DNA of 44,936 nt from Candidatus Bathyarchaeia archaeon (lineage in GTDB: Archaea > Thermoproteota > Bathyarchaeia > Bathyarchaeales > Bathycorpusculaceae): positions 1 through 44,936 of the forward strand of contig DATDQZ010000085.1 in NCBI GenBank assembly GCA_035292005.1, read 5' to 3'. Under the pieces are notes generated by a model. That model saw only the letters and a program-made list of their open reading frames with translations, ran no database searches and was not told the origin of the DNA. The first letter of the stretch is position 1. The number at the start of each line of letters is the position of its first letter. This document shows, piece after piece, positions 17,833 through 28,200 of this stretch. The translations under genes were made by a program, and so were the position numbers.

Positions 17833-18897
17833 ATGTCTAAGTCAAACGATGCAGGTATATGGAGCAATTTTATTGAAAAGTGTCCGCGCGCAAGTGTATA
17901 TCACACTTGGGAGTGGAAAGAGCTAATAGAAAAAACGTATGGCGTTAAGGTCTTTCGACTTGTCGCCAAAGAGAATAACACCATTGTTGGAGTATTACCT
18001 TTCGCTACTTTCGACAGTGTCCTCTTCGGCCGAAAGATCGTTTCTCTCCCTTTTTCAGATGTTGGAGGGTTTTGTGTATCTGATGGTTACTCGGAGTGTT
18101 CGAAGGGGCTCGTTCTGGAACTTCTTAGAATTGCTAAGAAACTAAATGCGGAGTTCGTTGAGTTACGTATGCTCTCTCAAGAGGAAGAAAATCTATCTAG
18201 GTTGGGTTTCGTAATAGGTTTTCAAGCATTTACTTATAGGCTGAATACGAAGTCTCCATACGACAAGATACAGGCTGCATATAGCAAGAAGATCAGAAAG
18301 AACATAAGAAAAGCGAAGAAGGATGGTCTAAGAGTTAGGGAGGCAAAAAAGATATCGGATGTGGACAAGTACTACAAGTTATACTTGGGTAGAATGAAGG
18401 ATTTTGGGACTCCGCCAGCGCCCTTATCGTTCTGGCGAAACATGTGGCGCATTTTTTACCCTGAGAACATGATGAAACTGATTTTCACCGTTGTAGATGA
18501 CAGAGAAATCGCGGGTTTTATTTCGCTTCTGTTCAAAAAAAATGTCTATTTCATCTTAAACGTGTCCTCGAAAGTTCATTGGAAATACAGAGGACTTAAC
18601 GACATACTTTTTGATGAATACATTAAATATGCATGCGAACACGGATACGAGTCAGTTGACTTTGGAAGAACGAGGATAGACACGGGAGTCTATGGTTTTA
18701 AGGAAAAGGGCTGGGGATGCGAGCAAGTTCCTTTGAATAAATATTATTCTTTTCTGCGAGGAAAAATGAGGAATCCTCTTGACACACAACTATCTTCAAA
18801 CATGACAATCTATGCCAAGGCATTTAGCACGTTTTGTCCCACTTTCCTAGCGCCAATTTTTGGATGTTGGATAAGGCAAAGGGCTGGAGATGTATAG
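17833..18897 (+). CDS. FemAB-family / GNAT-fold acyl(aminoacyl)transferase-like protein
   Basis: N-terminal SVYHTWEWKELIEKTYG and an overall length of about 350 aa, typical of FemAB-like proteins in exopolysaccharide loci. The start was chosen at MSKSN (17833). Confidence 0.65.
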   Translation: MSKSNDAGIWSNFIEKCPRASVYHTWEWKELIEKTYGVKVFRLVAKENNTIVGVLPFATFDSVLFGRKIVSLPFSDVGGFCVSDGYSECSKGLVLELLRIAKKLNAEFVELRMLSQEEENLSRLGFVIGFQAFTYRLNTKSPYDKIQAAYSKKIRKNIRKAKKDGLRVREAKKISDVDKYYKLYLGRMKDFGTPPAPLSFWRNMWRIFYPENMMKLIFTVVDDREIAGFISLLFKKNVYFILNVSSKVHWKYRGLNDILFDEYIKYACEHGYESVDFGRTRIDTGVYGFKEKGWGCEQVPLNKYYSFLRGKMRNPLDTQLSSNMTIYAKAFSTFCPTFLAPIFGCWIRQRAGDV

Positions 18898-19062
18898 ATT
18901 GTATATGGAAATTCAGCGAAAACCCCAGATTTTTGTTGCGAGGAGAAAATGACCTTGTATAAGGGCTGGCATTTGGTAAAATGGAACATGGCTCCGATTG
19001 CCGTTGTCACATTTGTCTTCAAGAGATCCCTTGAGTAAAGAAAATAGTCAAAGGCGTCAAGA

Positions 19063-19719
19063 TTGAGTATATTAAGTTTGAAATCAATTTCAAGACGTTA
19101 TTCAGGAGACGGATTTTTTCAACCAACATATATCGCTTTTCGCAATGAAGTTGCAGAGTTAATTCATTTTCTTCGTGGGACTAACAATTTAGGTTTAGAT
19201 GTTGGTTGCGGCTCAGGAAGATACGCCTACTTGCTCAATTGCTTGGGTTTAAAATGTATAGGTGTAGATTCTTCTATGAAAGCCTTAAAAAAGGCACGCA
19301 AATTCAATTTGGATTTAGTGTGTGCTAGTGCAACTGCGCTACCCTTTAGAGACAAATCCTTTAGAATGATAATATGCATAGAGCTTCTACATCATTTTGA
19401 AGATGTTTATTTCCATACAGTCCTAAAGGAAATACGACGGATGCTTAAAAGGAATGGTTGTTTCATTCTTGACGCTAAGAATACCTTTAATGTAATCCTA
19501 GCGATACAATATCAGATTGCGGATTCGTCTCTTTACCGTCTTATTTCAAGAAATGTATTCAAAGTGAAGGGATACCTCAATCGGTTAGATTTTAGTGTTT
19601 CCAAAATTACTGCTATTCCGTGGCCTATTCCTTTTCCCAATCTAACAAAATTTTTGGCTCCGAAGATACTCATGATCACATATCTTGTAGGTGATTCAGG
19701 CGATGACATACAAGAATGA
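19063..19719 (+). CDS. Class I SAM-dependent methyltransferase
   Basis: Motif I LDVGCGSGRYA, followed by an acidic post-I residue (GVDSS) and a LPFRDKSF-type motif. Confidence 0.75.
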   Translation: MSILSLKSISRRYSGDGFFQPTYIAFRNEVAELIHFLRGTNNLGLDVGCGSGRYAYLLNCLGLKCIGVDSSMKALKKARKFNLDLVCASATALPFRDKSFRMIICIELLHHFEDVYFHTVLKEIRRMLKRNGCFILDAKNTFNVILAIQYQIADSSLYRLISRNVFKVKGYLNRLDFSVSKITAIPWPIPFPNLTKFLAPKILMITYLVGDSGDDIQE

Positions 19720-19776
19720 GTCGCTCTGGATGAATGTTGCCCTGAAGGCTACTTTTTGGGGTTCGAGTCAGAGTAC

Positions 19777-21036
19777 ATGAAATTTGCTAAAATGATTCCG
19801 ATGGTTGCTCTTCCTATTGGTTTCGGAGAAATGTTTTCCTTAAGTCGAACGCTGGCATTCGGTAATCTGTTTAGCTGCTCAACCGTGACTGACTTCGAGA
19901 AAAAACTGGCGAATTATATTGGATCAAAAAGGGTTTTTGCATGTAACTCTGGAAGAACAGCATTGTATATGGCTTTGAAAGCACTGGGACTTAAAACGGG
20001 AGATGAAGTTCTTGTTCCGGCATACACATGCGGAATTGTATTCGAAATGATTTTCCGAGCAGGTTTAAGACCTGCTTTCGTGGATGTTGTTCCGGAGACT
20101 TACAATCTTGATCCCCAACTTATTCCAGAAATGGTGACATCAAAAACGAGGGCTATAATCCCTGTGCATTTGTTCGGGTATCCCTGTAACATGGATCCAA
20201 TTGTAGAAGCGGCAGATAAATACGGGTTGTACATCGTTGAAGACGCGGCTCAGGCTTTAGGAGCAGAATATAAAGGTCAAAAAGCTGGCAGTTTTGGCGA
20301 TTTGGTCATATTCAGTTTTGGACCAGGAAAAAGTGTAATGGGAGGAGAAGGAGGAGCGATAGCGATCAATAACACTGAATTAACAGAATCAGTTGAGAGC
20401 TTGTTATTTCAACTTTCCAATCCAGACCTGCGATGGGAACTACATGTTGCAAAAAACATTTTGGCAATGAAGATGTTTTCCAACGAAGCACTATATGCCT
20501 TTGTCAAAGGCAGTGTTGATTCAAGTATAAAAAAGATGGATGAAATGACGATACAAAACTGTTTGGCCTTGTCACGAGGATCGTCCTCTGACCTAAATCC
20601 TACTTTGAAGCCATCTAAGATGCCTGAGGCAAGCGCTGCGGTGATAATAAAGCAACTTGAGAAGCTTGATGATTTAAACAGGATGCGAATAATGAACGCA
20701 AACAAGTTGATCTCGTTCTTAGAAGCCGAGGATGGGAAAAGCATAAGATTGCCACAAATCAACTCAGATGTAAAAAACACTTTCACTAGGTTTCCCATAC
20801 AAGTTATGAAGGGGAAAAGAAATCTCGTGATGAACGAAATGTTGAGACGCGGTGTGGATGTCAAAGAACTTTACTACTACGTTGATGATCTTTTACATGG
20901 ACTATCTAGGACGCGGTTTCCGACTGCCGAGGCTTTAACCGATTGTCTGATGGCTCTACCAAATCATCCCTTATTGACTGAGGCTGACCTTGAAAAAATC
21001 TCAAAGAGTCTGATTCTTTCATTACAGGTGACTTGA
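19777..21036 (+). CDS. DegT/DnrJ/EryC1/StrS-family PLP-dependent sugar aminotransferase
   Basis: VLVPAYTC, VEDAAQALGA and SFGPGKSVMGGEGGAI (PLP-lysine context). Confidence 0.85.
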   Translation: MKFAKMIPMVALPIGFGEMFSLSRTLAFGNLFSCSTVTDFEKKLANYIGSKRVFACNSGRTALYMALKALGLKTGDEVLVPAYTCGIVFEMIFRAGLRPAFVDVVPETYNLDPQLIPEMVTSKTRAIIPVHLFGYPCNMDPIVEAADKYGLYIVEDAAQALGAEYKGQKAGSFGDLVIFSFGPGKSVMGGEGGAIAINNTELTESVESLLFQLSNPDLRWELHVAKNILAMKMFSNEALYAFVKGSVDSSIKKMDEMTIQNCLALSRGSSSDLNPTLKPSKMPEASAAVIIKQLEKLDDLNRMRIMNANKLISFLEAEDGKSIRLPQINSDVKNTFTRFPIQVMKGKRNLVMNEMLRRGVDVKELYYYVDDLLHGLSRTRFPTAEALTDCLMALPNHPLLTEADLEKISKSLILSLQVT

Positions 21037-21220
21037 AGCGCATTCTACCTGTCAACCTTTGAGAATATCCGATTAAACATCAAAGTTTTGAAACAACGAT
21101 GAACATCTTAACTAATGCGCGCGCTTAAGTTAGCCGTGGCGTCTCTCAGTGTTCACAATGTACATACGTGCGTGCAAGCGCCCGAAAAAAGATGTATGAA
21201 AAAACAATTGGCTGGAAGAT

Positions 21221-22291
21221 ATGAAGGGTTTTTCAATCAACACCAAGAAAGGTAATCATTTCTTGGCGGCAGATTCAAAACCATTCATTAGCATCATAGT
21301 GCTAAATTATAATGGTAAACCATTTCTTAAAGAATGCTTTTCCTCTCTTCGGCTAATTAACTATCCAAGATCTGAATATGAAGTAATACTGGTGGATAAC
21401 GGGTCAACAGATAGCAGCATAGAATATGCTCGGAGCAACTTTCCTTGGATAAGGATTGTTGTATTAAACCAGAATTTTGGTTTTGGGGGAGGGAATAACA
21501 AAGGCATTAGATTCGCAAAGGGAGACTACATTGTTTTCTTAAATAATGATACTCGAGTAACGAAAGAATGGTTGTCAAGGCTTGTTCAAGCCTCAGCTAC
21601 TCATTCAGTTCCTATCTGTGCAAGTAAAACGCTATTGATGGAAAATCACAAAATTGTGGAATATGGTGGTGGAAAATTTGCAATTAATGGCAGAGGCTAC
21701 AGTATTGCTTTTGGCAAAACAAATAACGAAGAAACTGAGTGTTCTTGTACAGGCTACCCTTGTGCAGCTTCGATGTTAATTAAAAAAGATGTTTTTCTCA
21801 AGCTAGGCGGATTTGATGAGGACTATTTTGCAGGTCTAGATGACACTGATCTGGGTTGGCGTTCCTGGCTATGTGGCCATACTGTTTTGTATTGTCCGGC
21901 GTCAATTGTTTATCATGAATCTGGAGCGACTACTGGAAAAGGTCGCCTTTCTCCTTTAAAAGCTTTTCATGGTACCAAAAACTCCATCTTCACCGTACTG
22001 AAAAACCTTGAGTTACGAAACCTCATTTCTGGTGTTGTGCTTGCATTCTCTTATGACTTGGTTGAAGTTTTTCTTTTAGTAAGAAGTAATAACTTGAAAT
22101 GTGTGAAAATGAAGATACGGGCATACTTATGGATTTTCAAAAATTTTCGTCGGATTCTGCAAAAAAGGCACATTATACAGAAGAATAGACTGGTTTCTGA
22201 TAAATGGCTACGTGATATGGGCTTTATGGCGACATCAAGCGAAGCCCTTCATGAATATACGCGTTTAGGCAAACTCTTCCCACAAATCTGA
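21221..22291 (+). CDS. GT2-family glycosyltransferase
   Basis: ISIIVLNYNG...VILVDNGSTDSS...FGFGGGNNKG...FLNNDT...DEDYF, a GT-A DxD pattern. Confidence 0.85.
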   Translation: MKGFSINTKKGNHFLAADSKPFISIIVLNYNGKPFLKECFSSLRLINYPRSEYEVILVDNGSTDSSIEYARSNFPWIRIVVLNQNFGFGGGNNKGIRFAKGDYIVFLNNDTRVTKEWLSRLVQASATHSVPICASKTLLMENHKIVEYGGGKFAINGRGYSIAFGKTNNEETECSCTGYPCAASMLIKKDVFLKLGGFDEDYFAGLDDTDLGWRSWLCGHTVLYCPASIVYHESGATTGKGRLSPLKAFHGTKNSIFTVLKNLELRNLISGVVLAFSYDLVEVFLLVRSNNLKCVKMKIRAYLWIFKNFRRILQKRHIIQKNRLVSDKWLRDMGFMATSSEALHEYTRLGKLFPQI

Positions 22292-22305
22292 TTGAGGGCT
22301 ATACT

Positions 22306-23325
22306 ATGCGCATTAACGATCCTCTAGTATCTATCGTGGTTTTGAATTGGAATGGCAAATGTTTTCTCAGTAACTGTATAGATTCTTTGCTAACTCAAGA
22401 CTATCCTAACTATGAAGTTTTACTCGTCGATAACGGATCTTCTGATGGCAGCCTAGAATTTGCGCAAACCAGGTTTGGAGACAATCCTAAAGTGCGGATA
22501 ATCGCTTTAGGTTATAACTATGGATTCTCTAGGGGGAACAACCTAGGGATAAAATATGCCCAAGGTAAATATGTTATTGTCTTAAACAATGATACAGAAG
22601 TTATGCCCAGTTTCGTCGCTGAACTTGTCAAAGTTGCTGAGGCAGACGAAACCATCGGAAGCGTAAGCTGCAAAATACTGCATTATGACGGCAGTGTGTG
22701 GTTTGGGCAATACTTTACACACGCCGGTTTTATCGTTCCATTTTTCACTCAGAGTCTATTAAAAGAAACCTTAACTGAACTTTATGACCATTTTTCATTG
22801 AATCTTGCTAATTCAGGTTGTGCCGTATTGTACAGGAAAGAACTTATCAGCAAGATTGAGGGATTTGACGAAGATTTCTGGTCCGATTGGGAAGACTATG
22901 ATTTAGGTTACAGGATAAACCTCGCAGGTTTTAAGTCTGTATATATTCCAATACCTCTCGTTCTTCATGTAGGTGGTGGTTCGTTTGGTTTTCCACCTGA
23001 GCGCCTAGTACGGATGTATAGAAACATGCTTTTGACTTATGTGAAAAATTATGAGTTGAGGAATTTCGTCACTCGATTCCCTCTATTCCTATTTGTTTTA
23101 CTGCCTATCTGTCATGTGGGATGGCTTGTTCATCGATTGTGTTTTTCTTTGCGTGCTTTTGATAAAAGAAACGGTATTTGGTACTTCTTTTCATTAATGA
23201 AAGCATACATTCAGTTTATTTCTAAACTAAAAATTTTTTATGCTAAGAGATATAAAATAATGAATTTGAGAAAAGTCTCTGACAAACAAATATTCTTAAA
23301 TACTCAGTTAATTGGCGTTCTTTAG
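22306..23325 (+). CDS. GT2-family glycosyltransferase (tandem paralog of the preceding gene)
   Basis: VSIVVLNWNG...VLLVDNGSSDGS...YGFSRGNNLG...VLNNDT...DEDFW. Co-linear with the 21221-22291 product. Confidence 0.85.
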   Translation: MRINDPLVSIVVLNWNGKCFLSNCIDSLLTQDYPNYEVLLVDNGSSDGSLEFAQTRFGDNPKVRIIALGYNYGFSRGNNLGIKYAQGKYVIVLNNDTEVMPSFVAELVKVAEADETIGSVSCKILHYDGSVWFGQYFTHAGFIVPFFTQSLLKETLTELYDHFSLNLANSGCAVLYRKELISKIEGFDEDFWSDWEDYDLGYRINLAGFKSVYIPIPLVLHVGGGSFGFPPERLVRMYRNMLLTYVKNYELRNFVTRFPLFLFVLLPICHVGWLVHRLCFSLRAFDKRNGIWYFFSLMKAYIQFISKLKIFYAKRYKIMNLRKVSDKQIFLNTQLIGVL

Positions 23326-23340
23326 GTTTTTTAGTCTTTG

Positions 23341-24048
23341 ATGTACATGAGCGACAAAGTAAAAAGAAATTATTACGTTGCAGGCAGAGAAGGCTGGAGT
23401 AAAGAGTATGGAACGTTGCTTACTCACCTGCGAGTTATTGGCGAAAACTTTCTATTCATTCAAAAATTTAAAAGTTTGGATCGGGAACCTCTTAAGATTG
23501 TTGAATACGGGTGCGCGATGGGCTTTTACCTACAGGTTTTGAAACTTCTAACCCCGAATCATGACTTATACGGCGTTGATATCGCTAAAGAAGCGACAGA
23601 AGCTACAGCCAAAGTTGTTGGAGACGACCACGTATTTTGTCAAAGTTGTGGTTCTCCTTTGCACTTCCCTGACAATAGTTTCGATATAATATACTCCTTT
23701 GATATGATAGAGCACATCAAAGAAATTGAAGTTTTAAAATTCTTTGTGGAATGTGCTAGGCTAATAAAACCAACCGGTTACATCTTTATAAGAACACCGA
23801 ACTGTAATTTTCAGATGAGATTGGTTTACAAACTGAGGGGAGAAGGGTGGACATATTCTGGTAAAGGAACCCATAAAAACCCTTTTACAGAGAGAAAACT
23901 AAAGAAACTACTTGCACGCGTGCCCCTGGTTGTCCATGAGGTAAGCTATAGCGCTGGTTCCATGTATGACTTATGCAAACAGCTTCCTTTTTCCTTGCTA
24001 AAAATGACCCCGACGCTAACTTTCGTTTTGAAAAAGCGGCTTACGTGA
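23341..24048 (+). CDS. Class I SAM-dependent methyltransferase
   Basis: IVEYGCAMGFY (motif I-like), YGVDIA and FDIIYSFDMIEHI, a Methyltransf_11/23-type layout. Confidence 0.7.
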   Translation: MYMSDKVKRNYYVAGREGWSKEYGTLLTHLRVIGENFLFIQKFKSLDREPLKIVEYGCAMGFYLQVLKLLTPNHDLYGVDIAKEATEATAKVVGDDHVFCQSCGSPLHFPDNSFDIIYSFDMIEHIKEIEVLKFFVECARLIKPTGYIFIRTPNCNFQMRLVYKLRGEGWTYSGKGTHKNPFTERKLKKLLARVPLVVHEVSYSAGSMYDLCKQLPFSLLKMTPTLTFVLKKRLT

Positions 24049-24296
24049 GTTAATTCAGAATGATAAGTTAAGGCATGTGTGTGGCGAGAAGCTATACGAT
24101 ATCGTGAAGGGTTTAACAGAATGATATACAAACCCGAATCTTTACACAAGTTTATGTTAAGAAGCATACAGTGCCACTTTTCTGATACAAACTCAGTATT
24201 ATTCTTTCCGCTTTGGATACCCAGATTTATTCTTAAAATAATTAGATACGCCTTAAAAACAAGAAATATTTAAGCGATCAAAAGGAAGATCAAGTA

Positions 24297-25229
24297 TTGG
24301 CGAATCTAGACAAATCTGGTTCATTTGTGAGCATCATCATACCAACTTATAATAGAGCGCGATTGCTGGGAAGAGCCATTCAGAGCATACTGAATCAGAC
24401 TTACTCAAATTTTGAACTAATCGTTGTAGATGATTATTCAAAGGACAATACAGAACACATTGTAAAGAGTTTCCGCGATGAGAGAATACGATATATCCGC
24501 CACGAAAAGAACAAGGGCGCCGTCGCAGCCCGCAACACGGGAATAAAGGCTGCACGAGGCGAATACATAGCCTTTCAAGACAGCGATGATGAATGGTTAC
24601 CGGAAAAACTCGGAAAACAGATAAGTGCATTTAATTTTGGTCCCCCCGATCTTGGCGTTGTCTACACTAGTTTTTGGCAGATAGACCGCGGTAGAAAAAC
24701 TTGTATTCCCTCGTCAAATGTGAAACAAACCGAAGGAAACATACATAATGCCCTTCTTGAGGGAAACTTTGTAAACACTCCTACGGCAGTCGTAAGAAAG
24801 GAGTGTTTTGAAAAAGCTGGTATGTTTGAAAACCTTCCTCGCTTGCAAGAGTGGGGCTTATGGCTTAGAATTTCAAAACATTATTGCTTTAAACATATTA
24901 ATGAGCCGTTAGTAAATGCCTATCGTCAACCAGACAGCATCTCTCGCAACATGAACGCTTTTATAGTGGCACGGAAATATATCTTAGATAAATATTTTGA
25001 CGAGATTTCAAAAAAACCAAAACTACTAGGGAAACATTATTTCGAGATAGGTGCACTTCTATGTCTTAACGGCGACATTGAAGCAGGACGTAACTACTTT
25101 TACAAAGCAACGAGAACACATCCTTTTAACGCCAAACTATTGCTGTCAACTCTCGCTTCAATTTTTGGTCTAAAAACCTATAACAAACTTGCTGTGATGT
25201 ATCTACGAGCTAAGGCACAAGAACCGTGA
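24297..25229 (+). CDS. GT2-family glycosyltransferase
   Basis: VSIIIPTYNRARLLGRAIQSILNQTY, VVDDYSKDNT and FQDSDDEW (DxD). TTG start. Confidence 0.85.
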   Translation: MANLDKSGSFVSIIIPTYNRARLLGRAIQSILNQTYSNFELIVVDDYSKDNTEHIVKSFRDERIRYIRHEKNKGAVAARNTGIKAARGEYIAFQDSDDEWLPEKLGKQISAFNFGPPDLGVVYTSFWQIDRGRKTCIPSSNVKQTEGNIHNALLEGNFVNTPTAVVRKECFEKAGMFENLPRLQEWGLWLRISKHYCFKHINEPLVNAYRQPDSISRNMNAFIVARKYILDKYFDEISKKPKLLGKHYFEIGALLCLNGDIEAGRNYFYKATRTHPFNAKLLLSTLASIFGLKTYNKLAVMYLRAKAQEP

Positions 25230-25266
25230 GAATAAACTTGACGACTGCATCATGTAGGTAATTGCT

Positions 25267-28200
25267 GTGAAGTTTAGGAATAGTTTCGAAAAACTCCTTG
25301 TATGCGCCACGGCTAGCCTTCCCTCTTTTTGGTTCATGTATACCTACTTGAATATTCCCACAAAGTTCTTTTCAATATTTACATTCACAGCAATATTATT
25401 TTTAATCATACTCACTTATGTTTTTAATCAGAAAATATCTGTAAACTTAAAATTCAATGCGCCATCATCGAGGCTTCTTCTCCTTCTGATCTACGTGTTT
25501 TGTTTACTGATAATTCTATTATTGCCCGGCGTGAATGAAAGTGTTTTCGTCAGTTTGGGCTCTCTCGGAGTGTTTAATTGGCTAAGGGCGTTAGCGGGAT
25601 TATTGCTTGGCGTTTTCCTACCTGGATATGCTCTGGTATCCTTGTTCAAGCATCAACTTAACCCTGTTTTATTATTGACATCGTCTATTCTACTAAGCAT
25701 ATTTATTAACGCTACAATAGTATTTATTGCAATTACGTTTGCTCAATCAGCTTTAACCTGGATTTTGATCATTAACACCCTAATAGTTTCTTTGAGCTTG
25801 ATAGACGCCCTACGTGACAAAACTAATCGTTACTCTCTTAAGCACACGCATGGCGTAAACACTACATTGGACAATGTGAATGTTTTGATGCTGCTGCTCT
25901 GCCTTTTCCAACTGTCCATACTGATCTCAATCTTCCTTTTAAGTGAGTTGACGGTTCCAAACGGTGATATGCTGCGTGACGCAGCCATGGCAACTCGCTT
26001 AGAAAAAGGCGAGTTCCTTCGCTTCGGGATTCTTTATTATCCCCCGTTTTTTTCAGTTCACCTATTTTCTGTCAGCCAACTTACAGGTCTTCCAGCAATA
26101 AGTATCTCTAACATGTTGGGGTTGACCAACATCTTTGTTGTTTTAGCTTTCTACGCTCTAGTGCTAAAACTTACCCGGAAGAGGGCTGTTGCCTTTTTGT
26201 CGACGTTTGCCTTTACCCTGTTCGGTAGCTTCACTTTTCTCGTTCAAGCAATACTTGGCAAAATGGTAGCTGACCCGCAAGGGCTTGCCACATCTTTCCT
26301 GCAAGTGTCTGGAAAAACCATGCAGATTAACTCCATATATCCTTTGGCCACCATCCATATTTACGCTCCGGTTATGTTACCTTTGATTTCCGTCCTAGTT
26401 TTAACCGCTCTCTTCCTTCAAAAAGATAAGGGGCGCATCATGTACGCGGTTGAGGCTTTTCTAATCGCAAACTTGTTTTTGCTACACATGGCAGAGACAA
26501 CGTACGTGCTCATTTTCTTGCTGGTGGCTTTAATGCTAAACCTCTCGAGGATAAAGAATTTGGCTTCCTTGACCTTGGGGGTCTGGCTCGGAACAGCAGT
26601 GCTCTCAATACTACCTTTTACAAAATTCTCTGTTTCACTTTATATAGCCGTAGTCTATACTGTCGTGCTTGTTTTTACACTATTATGCACTAGGCTTAAG
26701 CTTCTCTCTAAATTGCACGGTTTATATGGGAAAACGCGTGGGGTTATGGCGAAGCGATACGTTAAGGCTTTTTTGGCCTTTACTATACTGTCTTTGTATG
26801 GACTTCTTCTGCTTGTTTGGAAAGTACTCTACATAGATCGGGCTGAATCTATCTTTGGGGTGTTGCTCGACTTGGGGGTAGCTCCAACATATTTTATGCC
26901 CATCGTTTTCGGTGTGTCGATGACTATCAGCGTACTATTCCTTGCTAAGTGTTTGGTCTCAAAAGATTCGCTTGCTCAAAATGAGAAAAAAGTGATCATA
27001 TTTCTGGTTGCAGCATTCATCATAGCCTATCTGTTCGGCAAGGCAATAACTCTCGCAAATATTTCAGGTGACCTGATTTATAGGGAACTAAGAGTGTTAC
27101 AGACCTTCGGTGGAATTCTGTTCTCCATAGTTTCAGGTTACGCATTATATAAAACGTTCCAGCATTTTAAAGGTAATAAAATCAATCAGAGAGGTATTTT
27201 AGCGGTGGGCTTAGGGCTTTTAATTTTGTTAGGTTCAGGATCCACATTTCTGTCAGCAGTTTTCTGGACAAACAGAGGCATGGAAGCCTATCCGCTTCAC
27301 TCAAACGAAATTGAAGCATTAGACTTTCTAAAACGGACAGTAAACGCTTCAGACGTGGTCTTAACTTACAACAGCGAATCAAAAACAAAGGTAGGATTAA
27401 CGGGTGCGACAACAATAAACAGATTCGCTGTACCGTTCAGCTCAGTTTCTCCTAGTATCCCAAAGGACTTCCTCCAACTTGTAGACTACATCTATTTAAC
27501 GAAGCAAGACTATGACGCGATACAGAAATCTGACACTTACATGAAGACGCTAATACCCATATTGCCTGTTATCTTCAACAACACTGAAGTAATGATATTT
27601 AGCGTTCCACCAATTAAGAGTTACATGGATGATCTTTCAATACCGGTGGTAATAAGCGGCGATTTGAAAGAGGCCTTACCAAAATTGGCAATTCTTGACT
27701 CTTTGGGCGTCAATTACCGCATATATGACACATGGGATCTTAAAATTCTTGCAGGCAGTAGCACTGTTATTCTCACAGATGATGTAGAGAACGCTTCTGA
27801 CGCACAGAAATACGTTGATTGGGTGCAAGATGGCGGCCATTTGATTATTTTAGGAGAAAATGAAGGCTACTATTCAAACCTGATGCACATTCAAACAAGG
27901 ACAAAAATAGTTTTCCAGGAGGCGTGGCTTTCCGAAGACTCCTTTAGAGGCTGGGATTTTGATTTACGTGACGGCTTGACTATGAGCGATATTTCTATAA
28001 GCACATCATATCAACATCAAGGGCGTAACAGCCTACTGGTTAACGCCACAACAAGCGGTACTTTAGGGTTGGCGCATCCCCGGGAGTGGCCCAAAGATTT
28101 CCCATTTGCCATAGGCACCTGGTTTATGCTAATTGAAAACAGATCAACCATTACACATTCCCTCATTCTCCGTAACGCTTTGAATGTCGGGGTTGGCTTG

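Noticed and set aside
8653-20864. The larger antisense ORFs inside glycan genes (8653-9075, 9417-9779, 20409-20864)
   Set aside because: Each is fully embedded antisense in a gene with clear catalytic motifs, and none has an independent signal.
24079-24273. The 64-aa ORF in the gap before the last GT2 gene
   Set aside because: It has no motif, an odd composition, and sits in an AT-rich intergenic stretch. It is likely spurious.
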